A stretch of 64,000 nt of DNA. It comes from Eledone cirrhosa (taxonomy: Eukaryota). Below are positions 12,931 to 25,957 of the stretch, one piece after another (the first letter of the stretch is position 1; each line of letters starts with the position of its first letter). A program made the position numbers and the translations under genes. The stretch is from the NCBI GenBank assembly GCA_964016885.1, contig OZ024741.1:278628001-278692000 (forward strand), given 5' to 3'. Below the pieces are notes generated by a model. That model was not told the DNA's origin and searched no databases. It saw only the letters and a list, made by a program, of their open reading frames with translations.

Positions 12931-14149
12931 CTATCCAATAGGCTTCCACATAGCTTTCTAGTTATCCAGTTACACTCACAAACTTGAGAGTATTTATAAT
13001 AAAGACACTTTCCCAGGGAGCCATGATGTGCGGTTGAACTTAAGATCTGATAAGTTGTGAAGCAAACTTCTTAACTAAATAAGTCATTCCTGCATCCATC
13101 ATTGATTATTAAGTAAAGGGTCTGTAACTCCTTATATGTCTTGGCAGCTTTAAACCTGGTGGAGCTCATCCCTCTCCAAATCTAAACACCAATTTCTTCC
13201 AGAGGAGGAATTGCCATCAGTAATAAATTGGCAAAGTTGACCTCAGTGGGATTTAAATTCGGAGTGGATTAAGCCAGAACAAAGTACCAGAAATGCACTG
13301 GGGTTGATTTAATCGACTTTCTCCTCCTCCTCCAAAAATTGTTGGCCGTGGGCGTAAATCAGAAACTGTTTATTAATTTAACATCCTAACAACTCTGCTA
13401 ATTCACCACCCCATTGATTGATTATTCATTATTAAATCTATGGTAATTTTCATGATGTCAACACTAATGAAGGTTGTCTCTCAATTTGGTGATTATACCT
13501 TGTTATTTTATTTTATTGCCTGTCAACTTTGCTGATCATACTAAATAATGTCTGCTTCAATCTTAAAAGCAAGTCTTTGTAAACAAAGTCTTATTGTTTT
13601 CTGAAACCAATTATTTGGCTGCAAATTGGTAGAGTTGTTAGAACCTTGGATAGAATGATTTGTGGTATTTGTTTCAGCTCTCTGCACTCAGAGTTCAAAT
13701 CCCACTGAGATCAACTTTGCCTTTCATTCTTTTGAGGTTGATAAAAGAAGTATCAGTCCAGTGCTGGGGTGGATTCTTCTGCTATATCTTTTTCTTAATT
13801 TCTTTCAATCACACACTCTTTCTTTCTCTGGAAGAAATTGGATGTGTTCAGACCTGGATAGAGGATGGGCTCCACCAGGTTTAAAATTCCCAAGAAATAC
13901 CCTACATCACCATGGCACTCCTATGATTCCACCAGGAGTTACAAGTCCATACATAAATACAATATAAATCAAATATTTCTATCATCTGCTACTTTGTACC
14001 TTTTTTTTGTTTTGGTTTTGTAAATATGCTTCAGAGCTGTTGTGATGAAAGAACAGTAGAGATCCAAACTATATACTCATGGTTTTATTGATTCTGTGTT
14101 CAAATTGTCTAAAGGTTAGCTTCTTTCATCTGCTCAGTGTCAATAAAAT

Positions 14150-14340
14150 AATTGTTTCTATTTTAGGCACAAGGCCAGCAATTACCCAGTACATTACTGG
14201 TACTTTATTTTATCGACCCCATAAGGATGAAAGGCAAAGTTAACCTCGGCGGGATTTGAACTCAGATCATAAAGGGACGTAACTCTATGCTTCAAAGCAT
14301 GGTGTCCGACTCTCTACCGATACTGCCAATCCACCATCAA
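14150..14340 (-). mobile_element. Family A SINE
   Basis: Closely similar to the copies at 1270-1450 and (inverted) 3690-3875. Confidence 0.75.
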
Positions 14341-14879
14341 TAAAATAATAATAAGTAATATAACTGTTGTTAAATGAACTGAATATTTCTCTCCCCTACC
14401 AATTTGGATTTCTGTCTATAAAAGAAATCCTTATTATAACAGGAAGGAGTCCCTTCATGGTTCATTCAGCCTATTAGAAATAGTAGCCAAAACATCTTAA
14501 GGAAAGTAGTACATTATTCGAAGGCTATGACAAATCACAATGGAGGGTAGATTTTGGAATAAATTGAAGGCAACGATGATGTTAGTGTGTCACCTGTTAC
14601 TTTCTTTACCTGTTCTAATGTTTTGGGTCTAAAAACCCTTTGTTAGAAGACTATTATGAGAAGCTGGCTCGGAGTTCATGCTTTTGTTGTTTAGAGGCTC
14701 GCCATTTTTTCTCCTTAAGTAAAAAAAAACCAAAAGAACAACCAAAAACACAATGATTGTAGTCCTAAATATTCTACATGAAAATATGATGAGGTGTAAA
14801 ATTCAATTATAATTCTGTACACATTTAATTCATGAATTTTGCACAAATTTATATTTTGGTTATTAGTTAGTCAGTTATG

Positions 14880-15200
14880 ACACTCCATCAAATACGATGA
14901 CAAATGTTCTAGTTGATATGAACAATGGAACAGCCTGCTCTTGAAATTAACATGCAAGTGGCTGAACATTCCACAGACACACGTACCTTTAACATAGTTC
15001 TCAGGGAGATTTAGCATGACACAGAATGTGACAAAGCTGCCTCTTCAAATTACAGATACAATTCATTTTTGCCAGCTGAATGGACTGGAACAACATGAAA
15101 TAAAGTGTCTTGCTCAAGGACACAATGCATCACTGGGAATTAAACTCACAACCTTACAATTGTGAGCTGAATGCCCTAACCACTAAGTCACATGCCTCCA
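14880..15200 (-). mobile_element. Family B tRNA-derived CORE-like SINE
   Basis: Reverse strand reads ggaggcatgtgacttagtggttagggcattc...gtgagtttaattccc...gtgtccttgagcaagacactttatttc; its tail resembles 12440-12580. Confidence 0.7.
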
Positions 15201-15269
15201 CTATTTTGGGTGTAAAATCATTGAAAATGTATTTTTTGTTATTGATATCATATCTTAAATTAGATACAA

Positions 15270-16438
15270 CTAGCTGACGTACCCAGCTTCACCCGAGTAA
15301 ATAGATGATAAGAGAAGACAGGTCAAAGAGAAAATGACTGTATTGGATGTTTGTCTGGTTACAGTATGAGGCGAGTCCGTGGTGTCTGTGTGATACAGAA
15401 AACAGTAAAAAAAATGTTTCTAGATATACCAGATTCTTCGTTGTACCGTTTGTGCATAGTATATGAACAATTCTAGGTGCTCCCACCTAGAATAGTGACC
15501 TCTAGGAGATGGTTCATCTTCTGCCTGACTGTAAAACGTGTATCATTGCATAGACGTGGTTGTTCTACGTTTCTCAAAAGGATGATGGAAGTTCCAATCT
15601 TTTATATTATATGTAGATATAGATATAGATAATTAATATAAATGATGATGCTCAGCCAGTTCGTTTTCAACCATCGCAGCACGCTATCGCTGCTTGGCTC
15701 CAGTGTTTCGTTGGCGTTGTTCAGCCAGCTCCTCTTCATTCAAGGCGGCACGTCTTCGCCTCTGAAGTTCAGCATTCCGATGGCGCTGTTCGGCCCGTTT
15801 TTCTTCATTCCTGGCTGCACGCCGTTGCCGCTGTAGTTCACTGTTTGATAAAGTCGAATTGCTTTTATTATCAGTATTCATTTCGAGCAATTGTAAAAAA
15901 ATGACACAATAATAAATATAAAAGATGTCCGTCAATGTAAAAAAGGTCCCTATTTACTCCCTTCACAACTCTGTGTATGTTAGACTGACAGACAGGCACA
16001 CAAACAGATAAACTGTGTGGCGATTGTGGAACGCTCCATGTACACACACATACACGCATGGAAACGCGCACAACCACGCAAAGTTACACACGCACCCGTG
16101 CACTTACACACACTTACACACTCACACATGTTGATAGTTTTTACTTTCTGTGGAACGCTGCACGCACACACACGCACATAAACATACGCGCACGTACATA
16201 CACACACACACATGGTAATAGCGTTCCTATTTACTCCCTTCACAACTCTGTGTTAGTTACAGCATTCACTTTGCCTCTCTGTTTCTTACTCTCCCCTCTC
16301 ACTCCCTCATTGGCATTATGCATATTAATTTAAGTTTGGCGTCGTTGAGGTGGGCAGAGTCGTTTGAAACCTATGAACCAATGATAATCGAGAATTATGA
16401 CACACGGAATACTGACGTTGTTGAAATTAATATATAGA
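15270..16438 (-). mobile_element. Helitron-derived element (possibly two joined pieces) with an Arg/Glu-rich 23-aa repeat remnant
   Basis: Minus strand 5' A|TCTATATATTAAT at 16438 and a second TC-type start near 15629. 3' hairpin ACTCGGGTGAAGCTGGGT then CTAG|T at 15270. ORF 15684-15935 has 23-aa periodic repeats. Confidence 0.7.
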
Positions 16439-16759
16439 TGTTACTTATTCCTGCACTTAACACCTCTGATACCAAACTGTTAGAAACCACCCTTGGTTCT
16501 GTGATACTAGGTTGTTTATGTTAAAGTGTTTATATTTATCTAAAAACCTCATTGTAATCATCATCATTGTTGTAACATCCGCTTTCCCTGCTTGCAAGGG
16601 TTGGACAAGTCTATATACACCACCTAACTGGAAATGGGTCAAACTAGGCTTACAGCAACTGGTGAAATGTTTTTGTTCTTTCATACAGAGGAAATTAAAT
16701 CTAAAAACGTTGAAGCAATGGTAAAGAGAATGTTTTTTTATTTAGATACAGCCATCGGA

Positions 16760-17310
16760 ATGTATTATGGGAAATGAGCCAGAGAGGAAATGAGATGGTT
16801 GAGTTATGTGTTGAGGAAAGATGAAAGTGAGAAGGTGAACAGAACAGAGCCAGTGATGAAATTTTGTGAAGAGAAATGGAATGAGATGGTTGGGTCATGT
16901 GGTGAAGAAGGATGAAAGTGACTGGGTGAGAAGAATAGAGACAGTTATGAAGAGAAATGGAATGAAATGACTGGGTCAAATGCTGAAGAAGAAAAATGAT
17001 TGGGGGAGAGGAATAGAGCCCATTATGAATGTTATGAAGAGAGATGGAATGAGATGGTTGGGTCATGTGTTGAGGAAGGATGAAAATAACTGGGTGAGAA
17101 GAGTGATGAAAATGAATGTGGAGGGAAGAAGAGGAAGACCAAGTCAAAACATAACCAAATATTGAAGAAGGAGGAAAAGAAAGTCAGAGGGTTGGTGGGT
17201 TGATGAGAGATGATGCAGATGTTAGGGCTAAATGGAGAAGTTTGTCATTGGACCTGTGAGGCTAGCCTCTGATTTAGCAGGAGAGATGATTTTAAAATAC
17301 TTATGTGTTG
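16760..17310 (+). mobile_element. RTE LINE 3' fragment preceded by degenerate tandem copies of its own RWLGHV segment
   Basis: MRWLGHVLRKDENNWVRRVMKMNVEGRRGRP at ~17050-17140; gagaaatggaatgagatggttg repeated near 16782, 16870, 16952 and 17041. Confidence 0.7.
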
Positions 17311-18003
17311 TTGCTAAAGATGATTGTATATAGTTTTCAACTGGCTAGGGACTAAATCCTGTTTAATCACCATATGAAATCATCATATATAATTTTATTT
17401 CTTGTGTAAGACACACACACACACATATATCTTCAAAACATTTTGGTTTGTACAAAAAAAAAATCATGTCTGAGGTACATTAAAAAAGTTCTTCTCTTTT
17501 TTTTTTTTGTTTGGAAAGTATTCTAAGATAACCTATTCAAATGATTTCAGAAAGTGGAGTGCCATTTTTAATAAGAATATTCATACTTATGACCACTTAT
17601 ATTTTTCTAGCACAGATATATAACATATATAATGTATAGTACTATTAAATCTGAACAGATTTTAAGTGTAGTGTTCTTCAGAAGTCTGTTGTTTTAATTT
17701 AACTTATATATCTACAACTTTTGTTGCAATGATGAACGTATAGTTTATATTTTAGAGATTAATTTCCTAATTGCACTTCATATTTCAAATTAATTGCTCA
17801 ATTAAAAGATAAATATTGGTTGTTTTTAGTGAAAGGTTTTAATTTTCTATTGTCTTTTTATTTGTTTGTTCCAAACATTTTAAGCTTTGAAGTCATCATT
17901 TAAAACCTCTTATATATATAAGAATTTAAAACCTCTTATATATATATATATATATATAAGAATTCACTTGCAAACCGCCAGAGATTCGATTTTACTTATT
18001 TCC

Positions 18004-18006
<3 letters not shown>

Positions 18007-18069
<63 letters not shown>

Positions 18070-18090
18070 GTGTGTGTGTGTGTGTGTTTA
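18007..18090. repeat. Compound (TA)n/(TG)n microsatellite (similar tracts at 7500, 8650, 18340, 31590, 32232, 32570)
   Basis: Visible directly in the sequence. Confidence 0.9.
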
Positions 18091-18330
18091 TATATATCTA
18101 TCTAACCCATGCTAGCGTGGAAAGTGGACGTTAAACGAGGATGATGATGATGATATCTATATATAATAAAGAAGAGAGATGGTTTTATTTGTACATATAT
18201 ATATATCATCATCATTTAACATCCATTTTCCACAGTAGCATATTAATATGGTTGGCTCATTAGATGTATATGGGATGGTTAGTAAAAGCATGTGTGTATA
18301 TGTATGTGTATGTGCATGTTTATGTATGTA

Positions 18331-18372
<42 letters not shown>

Positions 18373-18436
18373 CCATGCTAGCGTGGAAGATGGACATTAA
18401 ACGAAGATGATGATGATGATGATATTTATATATATA

Positions 18437-21400
18437 TCATCATAATTATCATCGTTTTACGTCCATTCTTCCACGCTAACTTGGGTTAGACAGGTTGTCC
18501 TGTTGTGGGCAGTAGCCAGTTGGCTGACCTTGTCTTGCTCATACTGGAACTGATTCTGGCTTGATTTCTACAGCTGGATGCCCTTCCTAACACCAACCTC
18601 ATTTACAGTGAGTGCTGGGTGCTTTTTTCCGTGGCGCCTACACGTCCACTTTACAGTGTGGGCTGGGTGCTTTTTTGCCGTGGCACCTCCACGACCACTT
18701 TGCAGTGGGAGAGTGTGGGGGCATATTATCTATATGCTTCAGCTTCGGCTTGTACCCGTGGGGGGTTGGGTCTTCTGTATTACTGCATGACGCCAGAGGT
18801 CACGGTCGTGCATCATCGCCTTTGAGAGGTGTAATTGGGTAAGGTCGGCTTTTATCACCTCATCCCAGGTCATCTTGGGTCTCCCCACTGTGCGGTTTCC
18901 ATCGACTTCTAGTGCTCTGCACCTTTTTATGCAGCTGTCATCCTTCATACACATCACATGTCCATACCAACGCAACCGCCTCTCCTGCACACAACATTTG
19001 ATTCCTCTTATGCTCAGTCTCTCTCTCAATTCGTTTATGCTTTGGCGTTCGCGTATATCAGCTATCACACATCCATCGGAGCATGCAAGCTTCATTTCTT
19101 TCTAATCTACGTAAGTCTTCTATAGACAGCTCCCAGGTCTCACTACCATGTAACATTGCTGTATACATGCATCATACAGTCTGCCTTTCATTTTGAGGGA
19201 AAAGCCTTTTGCAGCTAGCAGTGGCAGTAGCTCCCTGAACTTCTTCCATCCCGTTCTTACCCTAGTTATTGTACTTTCCGAACACCCACCTCCACTGCTA
19301 ATTCGGTCACCTAGGTAGCAGAAGCTGTCTACTGTTTCTACAGAGCCCTCCCAGAGTTTGGTGGTGCTTGTTTCCTGTGGCTGTTTGTTGCTGCTACATG
19401 TGAAGCCTACATTCTTAGTTAAGCTTCCTGAGATTCCACTACATCTCTTGTGCACCCATTGTTTGCATTTGGGGCAGAGAATGGAGTTCCTACCTACACC
19501 TTTCCTACATACTGAGCAAGGCGATTTCCCTGAGGGGATCTGGGTACCGTTTTCTCGTCTACTTACAAGGACCTTAGTCTTTGTCAGGTTGACTTTGAGA
19601 CCCTTTCTTTCTAGTCCCTGCTTCCATGTTTGGAATTTCTTCTCTAGTTCTCCCATAGATTCAGCTATGAGTGTGAGGTCATCTGCATACAGAAGTTCTC
19701 ATGGGCATCCGGTCTTAAACTCCTCCGTTATTGCCTGCAAAACTATGATGAATAGGAGAGGGCTAAGAACAGAGCCCTGGTGGACCCCGACCTGTATGCT
19801 AAATTCCTCGCTATAGTCGTTGCTAATCCTAACTTTGCTGTCTGCTTCCCTATACATGGCTTGTACAGCTTTCACAAGCCATTCATCTACTCCTAGTTTT
19901 CTAAGAGCCCACCAGATTATAGCATGGGGGACTCTGTCAAAGGCTTTCTCCAGATCGACGAATGCCAGGTAGAGCGGCTTACTTTTAGTTAGGTACTTTT
20001 CCTGTAACTGTCTCACAAGGAAGAGGGCATCTGTGGTGCCTTTTCCTGGCACAAACCCAAATTGCATCTCATCTAGTTTCACCCGGTCCCTAATCAACTG
20101 TGCTATAACTCTTTCTGTTGCTTTCATGACCTGGTCCATCAGCTTTATACCGCTATAGTTTCCTCTATCTCATGCATCATCTTTACCCTTGTAGCAGTTG
20201 ACAATGATGCTACTGCACCAATCTTATGGTATGACACCTTCTAGTATTACCTGGTTAACAATACGTGTGGTTATTGTGTGATCTACTGACCCAGATGCCT
20301 TCTGCATCTCGGCAGCTATACCCGATGGACCGGTTGCCTTCACCGTCTTCATATCTTTGATTGCCTTACTTACTATGCTGTTGCTGACTTGTACTGCTGG
20401 CCCCTCTATAGGGTCTACTTGGAGTAGGGTCTCTTCTTCCCATGCATTCTCCTCATTTAGTAATCTTTCATAATGGCTCTTCCATGCAACCTTCTTCTCA
20501 GCACTTGTGAGGGCAAGCTCACCTTTATCATTCCGGATATACTTCTCTCAAATGACATCACAATTCTCTCTGACACACTGCCTCACAATCTTGAACACCT
20601 CCTGTTTCTGGTCCTCACGTTGCAATACATGCTTGAATTTTCTATCCCCCGCTTCCCTCCTAGCTAAGTATACTTGTTGCCTAGCTTCCCTCCTGGTCTC
20701 TATGTAATGTACCCTGCTTCTCCCGTTCTTCCATTCTTTCCATGCCTGTCTCTTGGCCTTAACTGCCTCATCTACCTTATTGTTCCACCACCAAGTCACT
20801 CTCCTGCTTGTGGTCTTCCTCCAACCACAGATCCCATCCGTCGCATTTAGTAAGTTATTTTTTAGGAACTCTCAATGCTCTACTACATTGAATGTCTCTA
20901 TCTGTTCTTCTTTACTGTCATAGGCATCGAGTAAAATATCTTTAAATCTCTTACTGGCTGAGGGGTCTCTCAGCTTCCAGATCTTTCTTCTCCAGGTTGC
21001 CTTCTGTTTCCAAGTTTGTCTAGTTCTGACAGTGAGGTTGCTGACAACTAAGTTATGTTGGGAGGTACATTCCTCACCAGGGAAGGATTTTGTGTTTACG
21101 ACCGTCCATCTGTCACGTCCTCTGATGAGGATAAAATCTATCTGACTAGAATGCTCCCCCTGATCTATAGGTGATCAGGTGGTTGTCGGGTTTTTTGAAG
21201 TTTGTGTTACATGTCATTGGCGTCGCAGAATTCTAGAAGCCTGAAGCCTTCTTCATTTTTTGTGCCAAACCCATGGCCTCCATGGACTCTATAGAAGCCA
21301 TCACGGTGTTTACCTACATGTCCGTTAAAATCTCTTGCAATGATTTTGAAGTCATTGTTTTTTAGAGCAGTAGTGTGCATTAGGGACTCGTAAAACCTAT

Positions 21401-22240
21401 CCTTAAGCTCTTCTGGCAACCCTGATTGGGGTGCGTAAGCTGATATTATTGTGGTAATTGTTTTATTCAGGGCTAGTCTGAGTTTAATGATTCTTGCATT
21501 CACCCTGTTCACTGAGATTACCTTATTACCCAATTGTCAGCTAATAGGATACCTACACCAGCCATCCCATTGTCATTTCCCACCCAGAAAAATTTGTAGC
21601 ACTGACTTTTGCCTACAAGGACTCTAGCGGACTCTCCTCTCCATCTAGTCTCTTGCACACAGCATACATCAATTTCCTTTCGCTCTAGCATCACTACAAT
21701 TTCTCCTGCTCTTCCTTTCATTGTGCTTACATTGATGGTTCCAACTCAGAGTTTTGCCAACATTCGTAGGAAAGGGTAAATTTTTGCTTCCTGTCTCTGA
21801 ATTAAAGCTTTGCATGGGTGCTTGGTAACTCGCGGATTCATATTCATTTATTAATTTGGGGTTGCTCCATTTATTCTCAGCTCATCCATACATAACGGTA
21901 AAAGAATTCAGGGCTAGAAGAACAGTGGTGGTAATAATGGCAGTGTTTGTTGGGGCTGGTCATGGGTGAGTGGGAGGGGGGGCATGCTGAGGTTTGATCG
22001 GTCGATAGGCTATGGTGGGGGGGGGGGGGGAATTGTGGGATAGGTAGCCATCATGGCTTATAGCATCTCAGGAGATTTGGGTGAAATAAACCGATACAAA
22101 TACCTATATTAGACAAGGCGAATATGCTAGGATTTCGAAGAGGTTCATTGTAAACCTCGAAAAGAGAGAGGAAGGGAGATAAAGGAATAGATGAGTTCGT
22201 AGAGGTAAAGAATATATATGTGTTGTGAAGGCCAGCGAAA
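18437..22240 (-). mobile_element. Near full-length, inactivated RTE-clade (BovB-like) LINE
   Basis: APE endonuclease (VCCVQETRW, ISAYAPQ, DFNGHVG), RT (QFGFVPGKGTTDA, FVDLEKAFDRVP, GVHQGSVLSPLLF, YADD), RRLRWYGHV C-terminus and (GAT)n-like tail. Many stops and frameshifts; 5' boundary approximate. Confidence 0.9.
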
Positions 22241-22543
22241 TGATAAATAACAACAATATTAATAATAATAATAATAATAATAATGATTTCATTTATTAGC
22301 CACAAGGGCTGACATGTAGGGGACAATACAAAGACAGGGACAGTGGGGGTTTACAATAAGGTCGAGTAAAAGTGCACAATGGCAAGACTAATTTAACAAT
22401 GAAAATATAAAAATATAAAATAAACTATGCATAAATATAACAAAATAAATTCCCCGATAGGATTCGGATACCCCACCAATCCTGAACCACCCTGCGCTTC
22501 TAGGGCACCCAGGGAGAGCACCCCTCTCCTCAAGTTAGCCAGC

Positions 22544-25500
22544 CTATAGGCGCATGGTCAGAGTAGGCCCATTCACACGAGCCATTCTCGCTACATTCAC
22601 CCACCTTTTAGCAAATGTACTGGGGGGCAGCACTTCTATCTCCACCCTCACCCTCCTTTCCAGGTGAAACTTGAAGAAGTTGATGAGGGATTGGCCGAAG
22701 AGAAAAGTGTCTGTCTTTAGTCCTTTCAACCTGGTCCACCATATAATCTCTTTCGCAACTGCCACCAGACAGAGGAAAATGTCCTGCTCTTCCTGACCTA
22801 AGGAAGGTGGCGGCTCGATCTTCACTATGGACTCGGCCGATAGCCGGATTCGTTCCACACGCGACAGTAGCTGTTCGACATAATTCCACAAGTCAGTAAT
22901 GCACGGACATTGGACAAGTGCGTGTAGAACGGTTTCGTCGTTTTGTGCGCATCTTGGGCAGGTCCGTCTGACAGCACTTCTGTGCCTGTAGAGTTTATCC
23001 CGAACCGGCAGTGCCCCCTGGTAGCACTGCCAAGCGAGGGATTTCTGGAAATTGTCCATCGTCCCCGGCTCAAAAGTCCTCCGGTACAGACTGGTCAGTT
23101 CGACTTCGTCGAGGCCCAAAGCTTCTCCGAGTGCGTCATCGCACTTGCCCACCACTAATCCTCTATAGAACTCGAGAGTGGAAGTTCCACTGATCGCATT
23201 GCCCGCTTGGTAGAGGCAGTGAGTGCCTGGCAACATTCCAGGTGCCAGTCACCCAGTCTCGGTCTCTTCTTGACCCAGGACTGCAGCTCAGTCAAAGAAA
23301 TGAGCTGCGGAAAGGCCCGTCTGATAAACAGCGACCACACCTGTTCACCATTGAGGCAGAATATCTGGAGATGTCGCAGCCTCAACGCATGTCTGTGCAT
23401 CATTAGCCACAACATGCCCAGCTCTCCGCGTAGAGGGTGCTGGCAGCAGATGGACCGCCTCACCAACGGAATTTGTCCCCTCCACAAGAATTTGAAGAGG
23501 AGCCGTTCCAACTTGACGAGGCACGGACGGGGGCAAGGCACGACGGTTAGGCGGTAGTAGATGACGGACGCGATGTACGCATTCGCCACCCCCGCGCGAC
23601 CTTTCAGTGATAGCTTCCTCCCAGCCCATTTTTGGGTGAGACTGGCTACTCTGCTCGTTACCTCGTCCCAATTTTTTTCCACCTGGAGGTCTGGTCCGAA
23701 CCAAACCCCGAGCAACTTTACCGGTCCATCCGACAAGCGCCCCACGACGCTGTTGGACGGCATGGGCTTGCCTCTCCAGGTTCTGAGCTGCAAGCCCACC
23801 GACTTTTCCGGGTTAAGTTTGGCTCCTGTCAACCTTTCATATTCCTTCAGTAAGGTGCCGACCACCTCGATTTCTGAGGTGTTCGACACCATCACGGTGA
23901 TGTCGTCCGCATAAGCCGACACCGCCTTTCCACGTCCCGGTTTGAGCGGGATGCCCTGCAACAGCTCCAGCTTCCGCAGTAAAGGCTCAAGAGTCAATAC
24001 GTACAGAAGGGAAGAGAGAGGGCACCCTTGACGGACCGATCGGGAGAGCCGAAATGGTTCCGAGAGGTGGCCATTAACCTTGACCACCAAGCGTGTGCCG
24101 CTGTGCATTGCAACGATCCAGCTTCTAAAGACAGGGCTGAAGCCAGCTGCTTTGAGGACAAACTCCAGATACCGATGGTCGACCCTATCGAATGCTTTCG
24201 ATTGATCTAAATTGATCAGTGCCCCACCGAAGCCAGGTTTACACCCTACCCTCTCTATGATGTATCGCATGAGGTGGAGATTGTCGTGTATGGACCTGGC
24301 TGGGATTGCGCAAGTTTGCGCCTCCCCAACCAAATCCTCGACAACAAGCGCCAATCTCTTTGCTAACACCTTGGCCAAAATCTTAAACTCTGTGTTGAGC
24401 AGAGTTATGGGCCTGAAGTTGTCTAATGTATCCCTCTTGTTCTTGTCTTTCCTTATCAGCGTCACCACTCCCCTGCTCACGGAACTGGGAATACTCCCAT
24501 TCTGCTGCCAGTTGCAGTAGAGTGCTTCAAGGAGTTCGGAGAACAAGTCTGGCATATTTACGTAAAGCTCGTAGAGCAGGCCATCCAAATAGGATGACTT
24601 GCGCCTCATGCAGCCGACAAGGGCGTCCTGAATTTCGGCTGAAGTAATCGGCCTTTCGCAGCGCTCAGCATCGACTGTCGAGATGCGTGGCAAGCCGTCA
24701 AGGTAGGGACTGAAATCTGCTACTCTCTCTGACTCGCCACTCTCCCCGAACAACTGAGCAAAGTGCTGGCGAAAGGCCTCACACATCCGCTTGGAATCGC
24801 TTATCTCGTGTCCGTCTCGGTCCGCCAAAGACTGAATTGTGGTTTTATTACCACGCTGCGCCTCCCCAACGCGGGCCCATCGAACAGCTTTAGTTCCCTC
24901 GTTTCTCAGCGCACGCGCCTTAGCTCTGACAATGCAACCTTCGTGTTTCGCATTGAAGAAATGGTCTAATGCCATTCTCGCTGCTAGCACGTCAGTTGCG
25001 ATGCCACTACAAATAGCCTCGTCTAACTTATCTACCAGCTCCCCCTCCTTTCTATTTTTCTCTAACGCTAGTTCTTTGCTGAACTCTATCGAAGTTACTC
25101 TAATCTCTCTTTTGAGAGCCCCCCACCATCTGTTGTTGATGATCCCCCCTGTCAACTTTTGCTTAACTAAATTGTTGACTCGGTCCCTGTAAGCCTTACG
25201 TGCCGGAAATGACATGTTCAGCTTCCAGTAACCCGGTCCTAACCTACGCGTTTTATTTAGGTCGACCGTACAGATCACAAATTTGTGATCTGAATAGGCG
25301 ACCTTTTTTAAAAGTGGACAGCCCACACTATTTCTATCTATTTTCCTAATACGATCTAGATGACCCCATTCGGTTGGTCCATGTCCATACTGGCACATTG
25401 GGGAAATCTAGTCGATACCTGTCAGACAGTTGGAACTGGCTGAGTAGGTGCTTGAGGCTTTTGCACCCCCCGCTCCTATCGGCTACTCCCACACAATCCC

Positions 25501-25948
25501 AGCGTGCGTCTAAGATGCCATTCCAGTCCCCCGCTAACAGTAAAGGGCGAGACGTACCCAGAAAGGTCTCCAGGCGCCTAAAGAAGTCAGGTCGTCTGGC
25601 CCCTGTAGGGGCGTAGACGGCCAGCAGTCTAAAGGCACCACCTTCGCTACTGCTCACATCCAAGACCACCAACTTACCGTCCGGGTCCCGGAAGATCGAC
25701 CTTACCTCGAGATCCAGTCCTTTCCTAAACAGCACTGCCACCCCACCTCCCACTCCCGGCCTGCTAACAGATGCGAAGATCTGATAGTCGTCGAAAATGG
25801 GGGCTAGTGCGCGCGTGTCGGAAATTCTGGTCTCGCTTACGGCAATCACATCCATTTCCAACGACCGGAGGTCGTTGAGCAGGCGACCCTGCTTCCAGGG
25901 TGACCCCAGGCCGCGAACATTTAAACTTCCTACTCTTAATATGGCCAT
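22544..25948 (-). pseudogene. Tx1/L1 ORF2 (endonuclease + reverse transcriptase + zf-RVT), two frameshifts
   Basis: SLNVRGL, GDWN, SDH, GYWKLN, NFRPITLLN, LDQSKAFDRV, RQGCPLS, YADD and CPRC..ETVLHALVQC, in three pieces: 25346-25948, 23155-25398 and 22544-23236. Confidence 0.9.
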
Positions 25949-25957
25949 ATTGGTAAG

